The notes: generated by a model not told the origin, from the letters alone. 64,000 bases of DNA from Octopus vulgaris (GCA_951406725.2 OX597814.1:95418001-95482000); one strand, 5' to 3'; positions 19,411 to 34,068 are shown, counted from the stretch's first letter. Numbers and translations are program-made.

Positions 19411-20424
19411 TTATCAGCTTTTCCATGCTTACATGAGTCAGGCAGAATTTGTTGAGACTAATTTTCTATGGCTTGATGCTCTTTCCATCACCAACTCTCA
19501 CCTGTTTCCAAGTAAGGCAATATTTCCTCATGACTAGACATGTTTTTACAATGGACACTGTTTGTATGACAGTGATAGTCATTTACAACTATCATGTGAT
19601 GTCATGGCAAGGAGATAGTAATGCATGTGCACACACACACACACACACACACACAACAGACTTCTTTCAGTTTCCTTTTATCAAATCCACTCACAAAGCT
19701 TTGGCTGTCCTGGAGCTATAGTAGAAGAGGTGCCATGCAATGGGACTAATCCTGAAACTGTGTGATTGGAAAACAAACTTCTTACCATATAGTCACACAT
19801 CTATGTATTATCAAATATTTCCAAAATTATCAGTGTTCAATCAGCTACAACACTAATCATTCAACCAATAATTGATTCTTCCCTTTCTATCACCACTGCC
19901 ACCACCACTACAACTGCTACCACCACTAGCATCATCATCACCATGATCATGATCATCATTATTGTTGTTATCATTGTTATATAATTTTTTTTTCAAATAA
20001 AAGTGAAGAATGTTAGCTTGGGCTTGTTAATACATTTACCAGGACACAGAAAATTTCAATTGTATGTTGATGAACTTAGTCAAAGTATGACCAGCCAGAG
20101 AGATTTATGACACTAAGCTCTTATCTAACTGATAAATCCACATTAGTTAACTAATCAAACAACAGTACCTGGCACTAAGGCAGTAAACTCTTATCCATCA
20201 ATCTAAACCACTTTGGCTTAATTTAATTCAAGTGATTTATTACCCTACACTGTAAACCTGTTGAAGAAATTTATGGCGGTGATCTATGCTATGAATTTTA
20301 ATCAGACTTCCGGGAATGTAACAGAAAATTTTATGGTGGTTTAATGAAATGAAACAAAAAAAAGTATTTAAATTAAGTGTAAGTCAGTTCAAGAGACCCA
20401 GTTTCTGAGAGCCATCAACTAAAC

Positions 20425-20683
20425 CAATGTTTCTGAACCATTGTTTACCTATGGATCCCTTCAATTCTGGTTTTATGCAGATGGACCCTTATAGACATTC
20501 CATGTTTAAAAAATCCTATTATATTCTTATAATTGTCATTAGGGGTTGTATAAAAAAAACTGTTAAAACATTTTGTGTATTGTATAAGTATAACCAATTT
20601 ATTACCGATAGATTTTAACTACAAAAATCTTATATGGACCCCCCCCCCCCAATGGCCATGTGGGATCAAGTTGAGAACCGCTA
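20425..20683. mobile_element. hAT (Charlie-like) MITE
   Basis: Degenerate TIRs CAATGTTTCTGAAC / GTTGAGAACCGCTA, flanked by an 8-bp direct repeat AACTAAAC (20417-20424 and 20684-20691). Confidence 0.75.
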
Positions 20684-21249
20684 AACTAAACCATGTCTTA
20701 TAAATATTTTAAAATTTCCATTTACTTCTAACCTGTTTGGTTTGGTGTTATTTTAAAAACAACAAAATAATCAGTATTTTAGAGTTGCCTTATTATGTAA
20801 GGGATTACTATATCTATTTTTAATATCCTTCTTTTAAAAATAATTTGGTATTTGTGTGTGTGTGTGTATTATATTCTCTTCTATTTTTAATTATTTGAAA
20901 TCTTGTAAGGAAGGAGCTGGTTCCTATCAAAGATACAAAGCTCCATCATTGAAATGCAGATAACAAAAACAAATTCATGCTTTCTCAAGAAAGTCTTGCA
21001 TATTTTTACTGTTCCCTTTACAGATTGTATTTGTAATGTGAGAGTTAGCTGGCTGATTTCTTTTTCTGAATGTTTATTCAGATTGTCCATCAAGCATTTT
21101 ACTCACAAAAGCAAGGGTACCAATTATTATTGGCATCTATGTGCATGGATATGTATGTATGTATGAAATGGTGGTGTATTTGCATACAAATATCTATGCA
21201 AAACCATGAAATGCATACAAACACAACTAAACATTAGAATTCAAAATGT

Positions 21250-21288
<39 letters not shown>

Positions 21289-23212
21289 GTCATATAAATT
21301 AGTCAACAAGTATAGCAAATTCTGGATAAATTTCAAGTGCCATATATGTTTGCACATACATACTCACAAAATAGACATGCACTAAGTAACACTCAAATTA
21401 AAACCCAATCTATTTACAAAAAATATTTTTAAAGGTGTACTGTTTGAGAATAGTATGAAGCTGCTATGGCTGGAATTCCTTTGATCAGAGGCCTGGTGTT
21501 CAGGGCTGACTTAAGGATAAATACCACCAGTACCTTATGCATAATTGGTTAAGTCAAAATATCTGATGTGAAATTATAATTTCCCAGATTAACACCCATT
21601 TTATATAAAGATTTACAATATGGCTATACGATCTTCGTTGATTCAATTAAAATGTAGGGATATCCCTATTCACCATGCTACACATTATGCATGCCTAGTA
21701 ATGAGACACCTGATGAAGATCAATGGTTAAATTGACTGATATAAATATTGTAAATATTCACTCTAACAATTGGATTGATAGCCCCCAAAGTTTTAAAGCT
21801 GAATTTTTATATGCAATTCTCTCTACCCAAATTTTTGATTGTATGTTAAAACTCTTCATCAACATAAGCTGACTTGCTCCTGATGCTTGCTTTTGGTTTT
21901 GTTGTTGGATATGTACACGTCTTATTTACCACTATTAAATCAACCTCTCCTGAGCCATAAGTCAATAGTTGGATCTCACTTGACTTTGAATACTCAACAG
22001 CAACTACAACACTGAAGCTTGTAAAGAACCATTCTCATACAGTGATGTTTACATGCACTCCCACTCTCTCTCTCCCTCTCTCTCTCCACACACATCTTAA
22101 ACCCTATCTCTATTCTGTCTCATTTCCTTATCAGAGTAAAATTAACTTCATATCATATCTATTTGTTTGCAGAGCCTCCAGTTTTTCAATCTATTGATTT
22201 CCCCCTTTAATATTACTGTTGTCATTACTGGATATAATTAACGTATTAATGTTTACCTGATGTATATTTAAGCAAACAATGTTGATTGTGCGACTCATCT
22301 ACCACACCTACTTTTAATGAGTTTGATTAATAGTCTGAATTAGCTTTAGTTTACACAATATATATATATCATATCATACAGTAGATGAGTGGTTAGAACA
22401 GTGATTTTCATTTGCCCTCACTCACTTTCCTTCTTTATTTTATAACCTTAAAAATGAGTATGGTGACAGAAATTGTATCCTCAAATTTTAACACTAAGAA
22501 AATGTCTAAAGAAAATTGTTTGATCATCTTTGAGAGTTTGCAGTAATAGTTTCAGAATATTGTGGCATCCCAAGTTTAAAATGATTGGGTTAAGAGGACC
22601 AGACTCAAATGGACTGCTTGTTTGTTGATAAATTGTTCTCATAATGTACAGACATTATGCTGTGACATAGCCACCTCAGACCACAGGTCATTCCATGATA
22701 CTTAAACTAGTGGCATGACTTGGTGTTTTATACTTTGAATAAGCCATACTTCGTTTCATTGAAATATATTCAACAAAGAATGAAGTAAATGAAGGTAAAA
22801 CACTATTGATATGAAAGAAAGACAGACAGACACATGGCATTTCTTATTGTAAAGAAAATAACTTATTAAAATTTAAATGAGAAAAATGTATTTATTCATA
22901 AGTTTTCTTAACAGAAATTCAAAGAATGGTTGAAGGCTCATCATTTTGTTGCCATTTTGTAATAAACTTATATCTTTTAAAAGAAGTTTATTATTTTCAA
23001 AAGCAGTAGTTCAATGTCTTTAACTCTTTTGATACCAATCTCCAAGATTCAACTTGCTGTACATATTTATTATTCCATGAAATATACATCAAAATAACCT
23101 TAGTATTTTCCAGTTTACATGCACTCAACAAGAGAGTACATAAATATTTTCAGTACTTACACATGATAGCATTTCTGAGCATTGAAACCCCTTTAAAAAT
23201 TAGTGAATATTA

Positions 23213-24492
23213 TCAGGTCATTAAGAATGAAATGTCTGATTTTCTTATGCACCAAGTTTGACAGTCATTAACTCTAATATTTTATCCTGACAATTCTTTG
23301 TTTTACAACATTGAAGAGTTACATCATCACTTTGTGAAATGCAATTCATGGTGTCTGATTATATTGTGAGTTTTCTCTTGTAAATCAATTTTTGTGAACC
23401 CATGGATTTATGTTGCTTATGAAAATGAGTTCTGTCATGGAACCAATGCCTCCCAGACAGCTTGAAACATCAATGAGGTGCTTGGTGATGATGTGGTGAA
23501 TGAGCACACTGTACGTTAATGATTTGAGAAGTTCTGATCTGGTGACTTTACTCTTGAAAATCAGCCTTGTGGTAGACCTGAGACTAAGATGGATAATGAT
23601 GAGCTGGAAACTGTAGTGGAAACGAATACATCTCAAACTATGCATGAGTTAGCAGCAAGGTTTGATGTTTCAATTTGAACTGTATTGGACCATCGGAAAC
23701 AAATCAGCAAGGTAAAGATGCTGGACAAGTGGGTACCACTTGAACTGAAAGATCATCAAATGACACATCGTCTTAAAATTTACTATTCTTTGCTGTCATA
23801 GCATAAAAGCAAACCACTTTTGCATCATATTGTAATATGTGATGAAAAATGGATTCTTTTCAACAATAGTAAGCATTCTGCATGGTGGTTGTATAGAGAC
23901 GAAGTGCTAAAACACAATCCAAAAAAGAATATTCACCTAAAAACAGCTAATGGTATCTGTTTGATGGTCCAGCACTGGTGCTAACTACTACAGCTTCATG
24001 AGACCTGGTAAGTCAATTACAGCAGATGTGTACATCAACCAATTGGATGTAATGATGAGTGAACTTGCAATTAAACAACCAAGATTGGTCAATAGAGACA
24101 GGCCTATTCCCTTGCAAGACAATGCTCAACCACATGTTGCCTAAAGAAAGCTATGCAAGTTACAGGAATTGAACTTGGAAGTACTCTGCCATCCATCATA
24201 TACACCAGACCTTACACCAACTGACTATCATCTTTTCCAGATATTAGACAACTTTTTGCAAGAAAAAAATTTCAAATCTGGGAAGATGCAATATCAGCCT
24301 TTTGTGATTTCATCACCTCTTGCTCTCTAGAATTCTTCACTGTCGGCATAAACTAGCTACCGATAAAATGGCAAAATTGTATTGATAATTTAGGTGCATA
24401 CTTTGATTAACTGCATTGCTTTTTGTTGAGATAAAGTAAATTAAACTTTCAGTTCAAAATTGGACATTTCATTCTTAGTGATCTGGATCTGA
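23213..24492 (+). mobile_element. Degenerate mariner (DD34D-type) transposon, ~1.28 kb
   Basis: ~31-bp TIRs (TCAGGTCATTAAGAATGAAATGTCTGATTTT / AAAATTGGACATTTCATTCTTAGTGATCTGG) with flanking TA. Broken transposase with CDEKW (~23838), QDNAQPH (~24115) and HPSYTPDLTPTDYHLF (~24190-24237). Many stops. Confidence 0.92.
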
Positions 24493-27246
24493 TACAACAT
24501 GGTTTGAGAAAAAAAAAAGACTAAATAATGACATTGTTTATTTTTATATTTTAAAATCAATGTTACCTTTGTTAACATAGCACTAAATTTATCCATCTTA
24601 CTGATACAGATCTAAAGGCTGAATTGAGTAAAGTTAATCCTTCCATGACCATATTTCTAAAGAAATACACAGTTTTTGGTTTCAGATGATCATGAAAATA
24701 ATCAAAAATTTAGGAGTGAAGTGAAATAATGACATTTCATTAACTGGAATATTAAATCAATAAATGGAATGTAAATTAACTAAAAATTCTCATGATAATT
24801 TATGGCTGAAGGTTTTAATCACTTTAATGATTTTTCTCAAATCTGTCTGTCTGTAACATATTTAGTTTGCAACTCACCCCTCCTCTCTTACTCTCTCCTG
24901 CATATATGTATGAATGTATGTACACACACAATTACACATCATAGTATTTTTGAGCATGGAAACTCCTTTAAAAATTAGTGATTATTGCAACGTGGTTTGG
25001 GAGAAGAAAAACTAAATATTTTTATTTTTTTAAATCACTGTTAACTTTTTAATGGATTGAAGAGTTCAGCAATGAAATTTACTTATACATGTTGGTGTAG
25101 GTATGGATTTTGGTTCAATCCCACTACATGGCACTGTGTTCATGTGTCTTTTACCACAGCTGTAGTTTGAGCAATAACTTCAAATATCCGTCTATCCATC
25201 CACCTTACCCAACCTCCATGTGTGTATGTATCAATGTATGCTTCTGTTCTTATTTTAGCTAAATATATTTAACCTCTCCACAAAAACGTGTGTGTGGTAA
25301 AATAGACAATTCTTTTTTAAAGATGTCTGAAGTTTGAAATGGACAGCTCAAGACTTGCAATCGATCATCTGGTGATCCTTTTGTTTTCAACCAATCTCAT
25401 GAATTATTAATTTTCAAAATCAGTCCTCCAGTTAGTCACTATCACTTTTTCTATACAATATATTTTATAAATGATAGAACAACTGTAGTATATTGTGTGG
25501 AATTCTAAAGGAAGTTTAAAAATTCATGATAGTAAATACACAGTGAAACAAAGGAATGGAAAGTATGCAATGAAGAACATGAGAACATGTATAGGAAAAA
25601 GTATATGTAGAGAAAAAGGTACTTGACAAATATCATCTCCACTATCATCATCATCATGTTCATCAATTTCACTATCATTACCATAATTTTAATATTTTCT
25701 AAAATTTTGGCATTGGCATTTTTATTCTATGTCATCTTGTGAGCCATAATGTTCTCGGGTACATCCCTATGCTTCTTCAATACTTCCGCTTAATCCTTCC
25801 TTTGTCTGTCTTTATCACTTTGCAAAAATATATTCCTGGAAATGAAAGAGGCATATGAAAGGAATTTACTGAAGAAACATATGTGTGATGGAAATGTTTT
25901 GGTTGGAATATGACTGAGATATTTTTATTATCGCAAAGGAATTAAATTAAAGATTCTGACTCTGTAAAAGTAATAAAACTGTTTTCTCTCAGAGTGAAAC
26001 AAATAGATGAGAGAAAAAAACAATGTCAGTAAAAGATCTGCAAAGACTTCAGTGTTTGGGAGTAGAAAATAGTGCATAAATAAGAATATCGAAATTTAAT
26101 TTAATAGTTTGAGATATAATCTGTGACTGAATGTAAAATATCTGCAATTAAAACTGAAACTGTAGTATGATAGAGATATAAAAAGGAATCAAAAGTAAGA
26201 ACAAGTTGGAATTGAACCCATATCATCATCATCATCATCATTTAATGTCCATTTTCCATACATGCATGAGTAGGAGGGTTGACAGGAACCAGCTAAGTTG
26301 GAAAACTACCTGAGGCTACTGTGTCTCTGAATTAATATTTTGAGGCATTAAACACTGTGATATGATAACCTACTAATATTCTATAGTTAAGCTATACTCA
26401 TAGTACAGTGGCTAATGCACAACATCAACTAAGAATGGATTTAATTCCCATCAGTTATTTATGATTCTCTTTCATATGTAATTTATATATGCAATAACAC
26501 TTGTTCAGACATCCTTAATCATTAAAATTATTATTAATAGCTAAATATTCTTAACTGGGAAAATTTATGCAATGAGGTCAATAAGAGAGCAAATTGTTTG
26601 AGAATTTAATGAATGTACACCTTGAGCTTGAGCTTAATGACAATCTAAGTTAGTTGACATGTTTGTTTGCTTCAGTACTGTGTAAGCTGGATTAAGAAAA
26701 GAAAAGAAATATATAGTAACTAAGAATTTTGAGGAAGTTTCATAAGTTCACTCTGTATTAACCTTTTATTCTCAAAAAGAAATATACACTTGAAAATGCT
26801 TACCTTTCCTACTACACCTGATAAAACATTTCTACCTTTGTATTAACAAGACCCAGTATTGTTTGACTCATCTTTTTAGAATGTCTAACAAACAGGTTCT
26901 ACATTGATGTCAAGTATTTAATAAAGAAACATTGAGACATGACTTTTTAACAATTGTGTTAAACAAGGTTTGCATTATGATTCATCTTGGAAAGATGGTG
27001 CATTTTGTGAGTATTTAGTACATAAAAACATAGGCTGCTGGTTTACTTAAGATATTTTCTGAAATTAGATCAAAATATTTCATAAAGTACTTTGGCCTCT
27101 TACCACTTTTCAGCTCTGTCATGGTAGGATTTAATAAGTAGATAGTAAATCATTGTTGTTAGCCCCAGGACACCTTGGCTAAGTAAACGTATGATCAAAA
27201 AATGAGATATGCCAGCCTTGACTCTTTCTTTTTTCCTTGCATTGCA

Positions 27247-27716
27247 TACGAAGGGGTGCTGAAAAGTTCCTGGCTTTAAGGGTACCATAAAAGGCCTGGC
27301 TGGAGGCCCGACCTTCTAAGTTCTTTTACAAGGCTTAGAAAAACTGAAGGACTGCTACAATAAGTGTGTGAATCTAAGAGGTAAATATGTTGGATAAAAT
27401 CATAATTAACTGATCCACCTATATTTTTTACCCAAAGCCAGAAACTTTTCACCACCGCTTCATATATATATATATATATACATACACACACATACATACG
27501 AGAGTGTGCTGAAAAGTTCCTGGTTTTAAGAGTATCGCAAAAGGCCTAGTTGGAGGCTTAACCTTCCAAGTTCTTATACAGGGCTTAGAAAAACTGAAGG
27601 GCCATTGCAACAAGTGTGTCAATCTGAGAGGGAAATATGTTGGATAAGATCATGATTAACTGATCCTCTTGTATTTTCTTTTACCCAAAGCCAGGAACTT
27701 TTTTGCACCCACTCCT
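27247..27716. mobile_element. Two tandem Tc1/mariner-type MITEs (~215 bp each)
   Basis: TIRs TACGAAGGGGTGCTGAAAAGTTCCTGGCTTT / AAAGCCAGAAACTTTTCACCACCGCTTCATA (27247-27464). A second similar copy at 27497-27716. Confidence 0.85.
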
Positions 27717-28190
27717 GTTTAGGACTACACTAGTATGTCCTTGTCCTTCCTTTTTTAAAGATGCTAAGATGCATTTTGGATATTTGGATAAATATAATTA
27801 TTTCTAGCAGGTTGAACAATCACACATGGGCTTCCTCATTGGCAGGGTATGATCTAATGAAATTTGGTTACTATTTCTAGCATGTTGAGTGACCATGAAA
27901 GATTTCTTTGGTAACTTATTATATAGATTGTTGTGGTTTTATGAAACGTCTGTGTTGACATGCTTGTATGTAATGTTTGCATATGATTCATGTTATGTGT
28001 AATGCTTATATATGTTACTATGGTCATATGAAACAGTTGTATATTACCATGGTTGTGTGTATGATGTGTACAGATTACCATAGTTGTAAGACTTGTGTTA
28101 GTTATTATAGTTATGCATGTGTACATATTACTCTGATTACACATGCTAAAGACTATTAGTAATGCATATATTGTACTGCATCATACTCTA

Positions 28191-28520
28191 TGTTGTAGTG
28201 AAAATGGTACACCCCTTCCCACGTGACAAAGTGGTATGACCAGCCACTATAAAGTCAGACAGAGGCCAGTAATAGTAGAGTCATTGTACGAGTTCTCAGT
28301 TGAAGTTAGTGTCAGTTACATAATATAGTCAAGTTTTAGTTACCCTCAAGGTAGATGTTTCAAAGTCACTATTTTGTGGAGCTATCAGCAAGCCAAAGAT
28401 AATAAGACATGGAAGACCACCACAACATAATAGTGGCGACAAAAATATTACAGTGCCAACAATAACATACATGTGGATGAGGATCCACATCATAACAGTG
28501 GCGATGAGGATATAAGCAAA
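28191..28520 (+). mobile_element. Probable Gypsy-type LTR with PBS-like motifs
   Basis: TGTTGTAGT...ACCACAACA termini (28191-28427) and an internal TATAAA. TGGCGAC follows at 28434 and TGGCGATGAGG at ~28499. Confidence 0.45.
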
Positions 28521-28689
28521 TTCACATGGATGACGTTGAAAAAAAATTTTTTTTTTCATGCCATGGAATTTTTTAAAAAGATACATGTGAAAAAATTAAA
28601 AACTCATTAGAGGAATAACACATTTTGTTGTACACATTTTATGAAAAATCCATAAAATCATGGAAAACTTGTTAGCGGATTTAGTTGAG

Positions 28690-28910
28690 TCACAACTATG
28701 TGTCTTGCCTGTGATGAACCTGGCTGAAGCTCCTGTCCACCTTACCTCTTGGATGCAACATACATCAACATGCCTCCATTCAAGCATCTCAACTATCTCG
28801 CTAGACCTACCTTTCAATGTGCCTACATTGACAGTGCCAACTCTGAAAATTATGAAAGGGACATGGGAGGGAACATGAGAAGGAAAGATAGTATTCAGCA
28901 CCTGAAAAGA
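28690..28910 (-). mobile_element. RTE LINE endonuclease N-terminal fragment
   Basis: FRVGTVNVGTLKGRSSEIVEMLEWRHVDVCCIQEVRW in ORF 28596..28901(-). Confidence 0.8.
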
Positions 28911-29079
28911 AGGTTTGTATATTTATAAAGTATAGTTTCTGAAAAAGTATCTCATAATCTTTTTGTTTTAATAGATTTTTCTCTTTTCCTCTCTCTTTTC
29001 AGGTTGCTTGGCGCAATCTTCAGGTAATCAATCTGCATAAATATAAGCCAGTTTTATTCTAGTGATATTTACTTTAATA

Positions 29080-29110
29080 ATGGGACTAAATTCATCTAGG
29101 ACGGCGAAAG
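29080..29110 (+). CDS. AIFM3: AIFM3-like gene, candidate first coding exon (MGLNSSRTAK)
   Basis: Polypyrimidine acceptor ending AG at 29002, ATG at 29080, donor AAG/GTAAAA after 29110. Phase 1 matches the next exon. MGxxxS myristoylation-type start. Confidence 0.6.
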
Positions 29111-29624
29111 GTAAAATAAAAAACAAAAGTTTATTATGTTTCCATGTTTTTATACTTATTTTCCCCTATATTACAATTATGAAATAAAATTTACTAAAAA
29201 AAAAAATATATATATATTTGATTGTCAGAAGAATTGGTGTAAATTTTTATATTGCTGATCTAATGGAAATTTAGTTTTAAATTACTACTTTTGAGTGACA
29301 TCTAGGATATAGATACTGTTTCAACTGATTTATCAAGGTAAGAGGCATGTAGCCACCTGAGTAGGACACTGTTTTTCTTTTTAGAAAATCCAAGTCAACT
29401 GTTGAAGTCACACAATGATGGTGTTAATTTTTCCAAATCATCGTAGTTTACACAAAACAAAATGGAGTTTTTGACAACCATTGCAATTTAGTACTTTAGT
29501 GCATTCATGGAATGAAAACTTCATATTGTCCTTTATTTACACTGCTAATTTGTTGAAAATGAAAATATTTCAAAATTGTTGGTTTGTATATGTTTTGAAC
29601 TCTTGTTTTGTGATCTGCAATATA

Positions 29625-29965
29625 GGTGCAGATGTGCTATGTGGTAAGAAGCTTGCTTTCAAGTCACATAGTTCCGGGTTCAGTCCCACTGCATGGCACC
29701 TTGGGCAGTAGATTTGGTAAAGCCTTGTGAGTAGATTTGGTAAACAGAAACTGAAAGAAGCCTGTCATATGTGTGTTTGTCAACTGGTGTTGGTGTGTTT
29801 ATGTCTCTGTAACTTAGCAGTTCAGCAGAAGAGATCAATAGAATAAGTACTAGGCTTACAAATAAGTCCCGGGGTCAATTTGTTAGACTAAAAACCTCTC
29901 AAGGCAGTGCTTCAGCATGGCCACAGTCAAAAAGACTAAAACAAGTAAAAGAGGATAAAAGAATA
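29625..29965 (+). mobile_element. tRNA-derived SINE with CR1-like tail
   Basis: Head GTGGTAAGAAGCTTGC...GGTTCAGTCCC; tail CAGCATGGCCACAGTC...AAGTAAAAGA. Confidence 0.7.
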
Positions 29966-32018
29966 TATTGTTGTGAATCTATCTGATGCTTTGCTCTTAT
30001 CCTCCTCACCTGTTACTCTGTTCTCCATTCCTCTCACATTCCCCATCTTGTATCTTGAGGGTTCAACCTGACACCTCATCACCACCATCTTCTCTCCTTT
30101 ACCTGATGGGATAACTGTGTCTACAGCACGTCATCTGTTCCTATCTCTCTATCATACTCCTGCCTCTCAACACTTGACATAAGCTGCTTCCCTCAATATT
30201 ACACACCTCTTGATCAAAGGGTCTCGTCTTGAAAGCTACTTGGTGACCTCACAAGTGCCAGTGACACACGAAAAAAAAAAACATTCAGTACACACTGTAA
30301 AGTGTTTAGCATTAGGAAGAGCATCAAACCATAGAAACCATGCTAAAATAGACATTGAAGCCCAACATGATCCTCTGACCTGTCAGAGTCTCTCAAACTT
30401 CCCAACCCATTCCAACATGGAATATGGATGCTAAAGGATGATGAACTCAGTGTATAAGTTACACTCTACTAGTTTACCAATTGGCCTTCATTCTGTTGAA
30501 AATTAAACAATAAAATGAGCTAAATTTTAGGGTAATAAACATACATAAGTATATACTTAACATACCTAAACATCTGTAGTGGTTAGATGTGTATCAGGTG
30601 AACAAATGCGATAGGAATGTGGATGCCTTTGAAGTAAACAAGTGAATGAATCAATTCATAGTTAAAATAATTTATTCACTGGACTTAATTTGTCGTTGGT
30701 ACACATAATTCTTCGCTACATGCATATGTTGACAACTGCTACGAGTTGCTAGAAATAAAAACGGAGTACATCTGTGGAAGTGATACGTCAGAAATGGATG
30801 TTTGTATGTGTGTGTGTGCATGCCTGCTTGTGTAGTTCATCTGAGACAGTTGTCTACCGTGGAACTTCTTTAGATCATTTCTCTCGGTTTCTGCAGTTTG
30901 CCAAAAACCTTCTGTCATGTCGTAGACCTTTCTCGTCTGCCTCCTAGGCCTTTCTTGTCTGTCCCTCTGCTGACCACCATCTTTATAACGACTGTGGCAG
31001 CTAGAAGGACAGACATATTGCAGCAGAAATTATGCCTAAATAGGTCAGCTCCTGTCCATTTGAACTTCGCCTGACTTGGCTGAGGTCGTAGGTCAAAGGG
31101 AGATGATCAATCACTTTTTAACAGGACAAAGAAAACCTTTTCTCGTGCCTGTTGATCCTGGTGGTTTGGACGACTTAGAATTCTTAGATTCGGTTTCAAA
31201 TCTAGGCTTGGAGAAGGAAGTGTTCATTTTTACACATCCTTTGGTCTCAAGAGATTTAGTTGTTCTTTAGATTGTCCTTTGCAAAGCCTAAGTCCTTGAT
31301 AGTATGGAGGGCCATCTGCTGGCCATATAGTGTACCTCTTTTCACTCTACAAGGCTGATGCAGCCCAAGGGAAGCAATGTTGCTAATAAAGCTGGACATG
31401 AAAACAAAATTAAGCAGTAAGTAAAAATTAAAGTATACAAAGCTGTTGCAATTTCTTCCAAATGTGCTGTAGATCCACACAAGGTTTTATGTGGAATTCT
31501 TCCACAGAACCAAGGAACCTTGGTTCAATGACTGCATTAAAGGCTATATCCAGCATTAAGGAATAGTACCAAAACAATAGGGCATTTGTTCCAACAAGGT
31601 GCAGGTATTGCTAGACACAAGTATGTATGTGTGATAAAACGTTTGCTCCCAACCACATGGTTCCAGGTTCAGTTGCACTCTGTGGCACTTTGGGCAAGTG
31701 TCTTGTGAGTGATTTTGGTAGACAGAAACTGAAAAAAAGCCCCAGTGTGTGTGTGCATGAATGTGTGCATGTGTGTGCATGAATGTGTGTGTGTTTCCTT
31801 GTTTTGACATCATATGATAGTTGTAAAATGGTTGTCACTGTCATAGAAACAGTGTCATTTATTTCTAATATTCTGCAAGAGTATGTCTGGCCAAAAGGAA
31901 ATATTACCTTGCATGAAAATAGGTGAGAGTTGGTGACAGGAAGGGTATCCAGCTGCAGAAAATCTACAGGCATGGAGAAGTGGACATTAAAATGATGTTG
32001 AATAAGTGACCAGACACT

Positions 32019-32243
32019 TTAACCCTTTAGCATCCAGATTACTCTGTCAAATGTAATGTTCATTTATTCATATTGTTTTGAATTAATCATGCATTATCTC
32101 ATAACTCTGAGATTTTGATGATGTGATTGTTTATTTTTAGATTGACATTGTTGGGTAGGCATAAGATGCCTGATCTAGCCAGTTTGAGCATAAAATAAGC
32201 AGAATATTTTGGGGCTGATACAGCCTCTTTGAATGTTAAAGAG
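32019..32243. mobile_element. piggyBac-like MITE
   Basis: Starts TTAACCCTTTAGCAT; body shared with 18005-18223. Confidence 0.6.
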
Positions 32244-34068
32244 ACTCATCAATGTAAATTTGTTAGTACCAGAATGGTGAGCAAATCTACCATGCAGAAC
32301 CCTTCCATAGCAATCTTAATGTATCACCTAAAAAGCCTTGCTTGTGCAGTTCACACATTCAACTTGCAACTCATACCTCAATCTACCAGATCTGACTACA
32401 CATATGGCATTCATTGCATCTAACTGGTCACCAATGATTGAAATGCTAAATTGTTCAAGTATGAGAACTGAGACTCTATAGAAATTATGTAAGACAGATG
32501 AACTAAGGTGATTTATGTGGGTGTGGTATGCATATAATAGTTTTTGGAGGTAATAACTGTTGTAACCAGAATTGTAATATGATAGTAATGTGCTAGTCAT
32601 TGTAGTACATAAAAGTCTGCCAATTAGTCAGGAAATGGCTTTTCTTTCCTTTTCTTTTTTTTTTTGTGTGTTCCATACAGGTTTTTGTACAGTCTATACT
32701 CTGCCTCAGGTATATAAACAGTGCTCTAGTGAAGGGTACATTTGTGCCAGTAGTTGTTTAGAACTGAAGTAGCTTCTGACTTTGAGTAGGTGCTGTTTTT
32801 TGTTTCTGTTTCGTATGTGAGTACCATAAGAATTTATCAGACTGTGAAGGGATCTGAACTCAGAACGTAAAGGGTCATAACTAAATACTGTAAATCTCAA
32901 ACAATTCTGAAGCTATTTTCTCTGTTCAAATCTTATTTTGTTGAATGTGATCTTCATAACCTGACATCTTTCTTCTCTGATCTGATCTGTATACACACAC
33001 ACATCCACATCCATACACAGATCACCTTATACCACGAGTGTTTGAAAACCTGAAGACAGTTCACTTACACAAAAACTTTTCTGTCAGGTTTGTGTTAATA
33101 AGCTTTTTTGAACAACTTTTTATATAATTAGTTTTTGATTAAAAACATCTTTTTTCAAAAAAAACACACACACACAAATAAAAATACATACATACACACA
33201 TTGAGAAATTAGGCTTCTCAAAACCAGAAAAGAGAAAGCTAATTCAAAGACTACAGATCCAAGCCATCACTAGAACTGTAAAAATTTGTAAAACTTTCCA
33301 CAAGTTTATCATTTAAGTATATATGAGCATGACTAGATAAGCAACTATATGCATGAGGATACATACATAAAACAAAACATACGAATCCGCACATATATAT
33401 ACATACATACAAAAATACCCTTTGGGTGTTGTTGAAATTCCAATGAAGAAGCCTTGGATCTAGGTTAGAAACTGGCGCTTTCTCTCTTGGCAAGAAATCT
33501 TGAATAAACTGAATAATGACATTCATATATACACACATACTAAGCAACCTAAAATTGACAGGATCAATCAACAATATCAAAGATGACAAAGCAAAAAAAT
33601 AACACATAATCATTTATTTTGCATATACTTTCTGTAGAAATCTTTACACAGTCTGTAAAGAAAATATGACATAGATTACAAAGCAAAAATTGCCAATGAT
33701 ATGGTAAGAGATATTTACTGTGTGAAAACATGAAGTTAAATAACAATGTGAGAAGTGTTTGATCATTGAACTTCTCTGTTCTTGAAACCTGATCTGTTTA
33801 ATGCATACAATAATTGTGTGTATGTGTGTGTGTGTGCATTTATGCACCTGCATGCATACTCTTGTAGTATCATGTAGTATTTTGTTTGTGTGCATATTTG
33901 CATGCATGGTGTGATTTGGCTGCTATTTCTAGTATAATTTTGTTCATTTCAGTTCATTTTTATACATGAAGGTGAATGTAAAAATTTTCATGCTTCCTAC
34001 ATGCATATATATGTGAATCAACTGCTTGATCAATTGCTGTTTCTTGAATCAACAGCTAAGTTATTGTT

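Noticed and set aside
25721-27058. Possible antisense two-exon transcript (acceptor ~27059, donor ~26803, acceptor ~25836, AATAAA 25721-25726)
   Set aside because: No sustained ORF, and such signals arise by chance in AT-rich DNA; needs RNA evidence.
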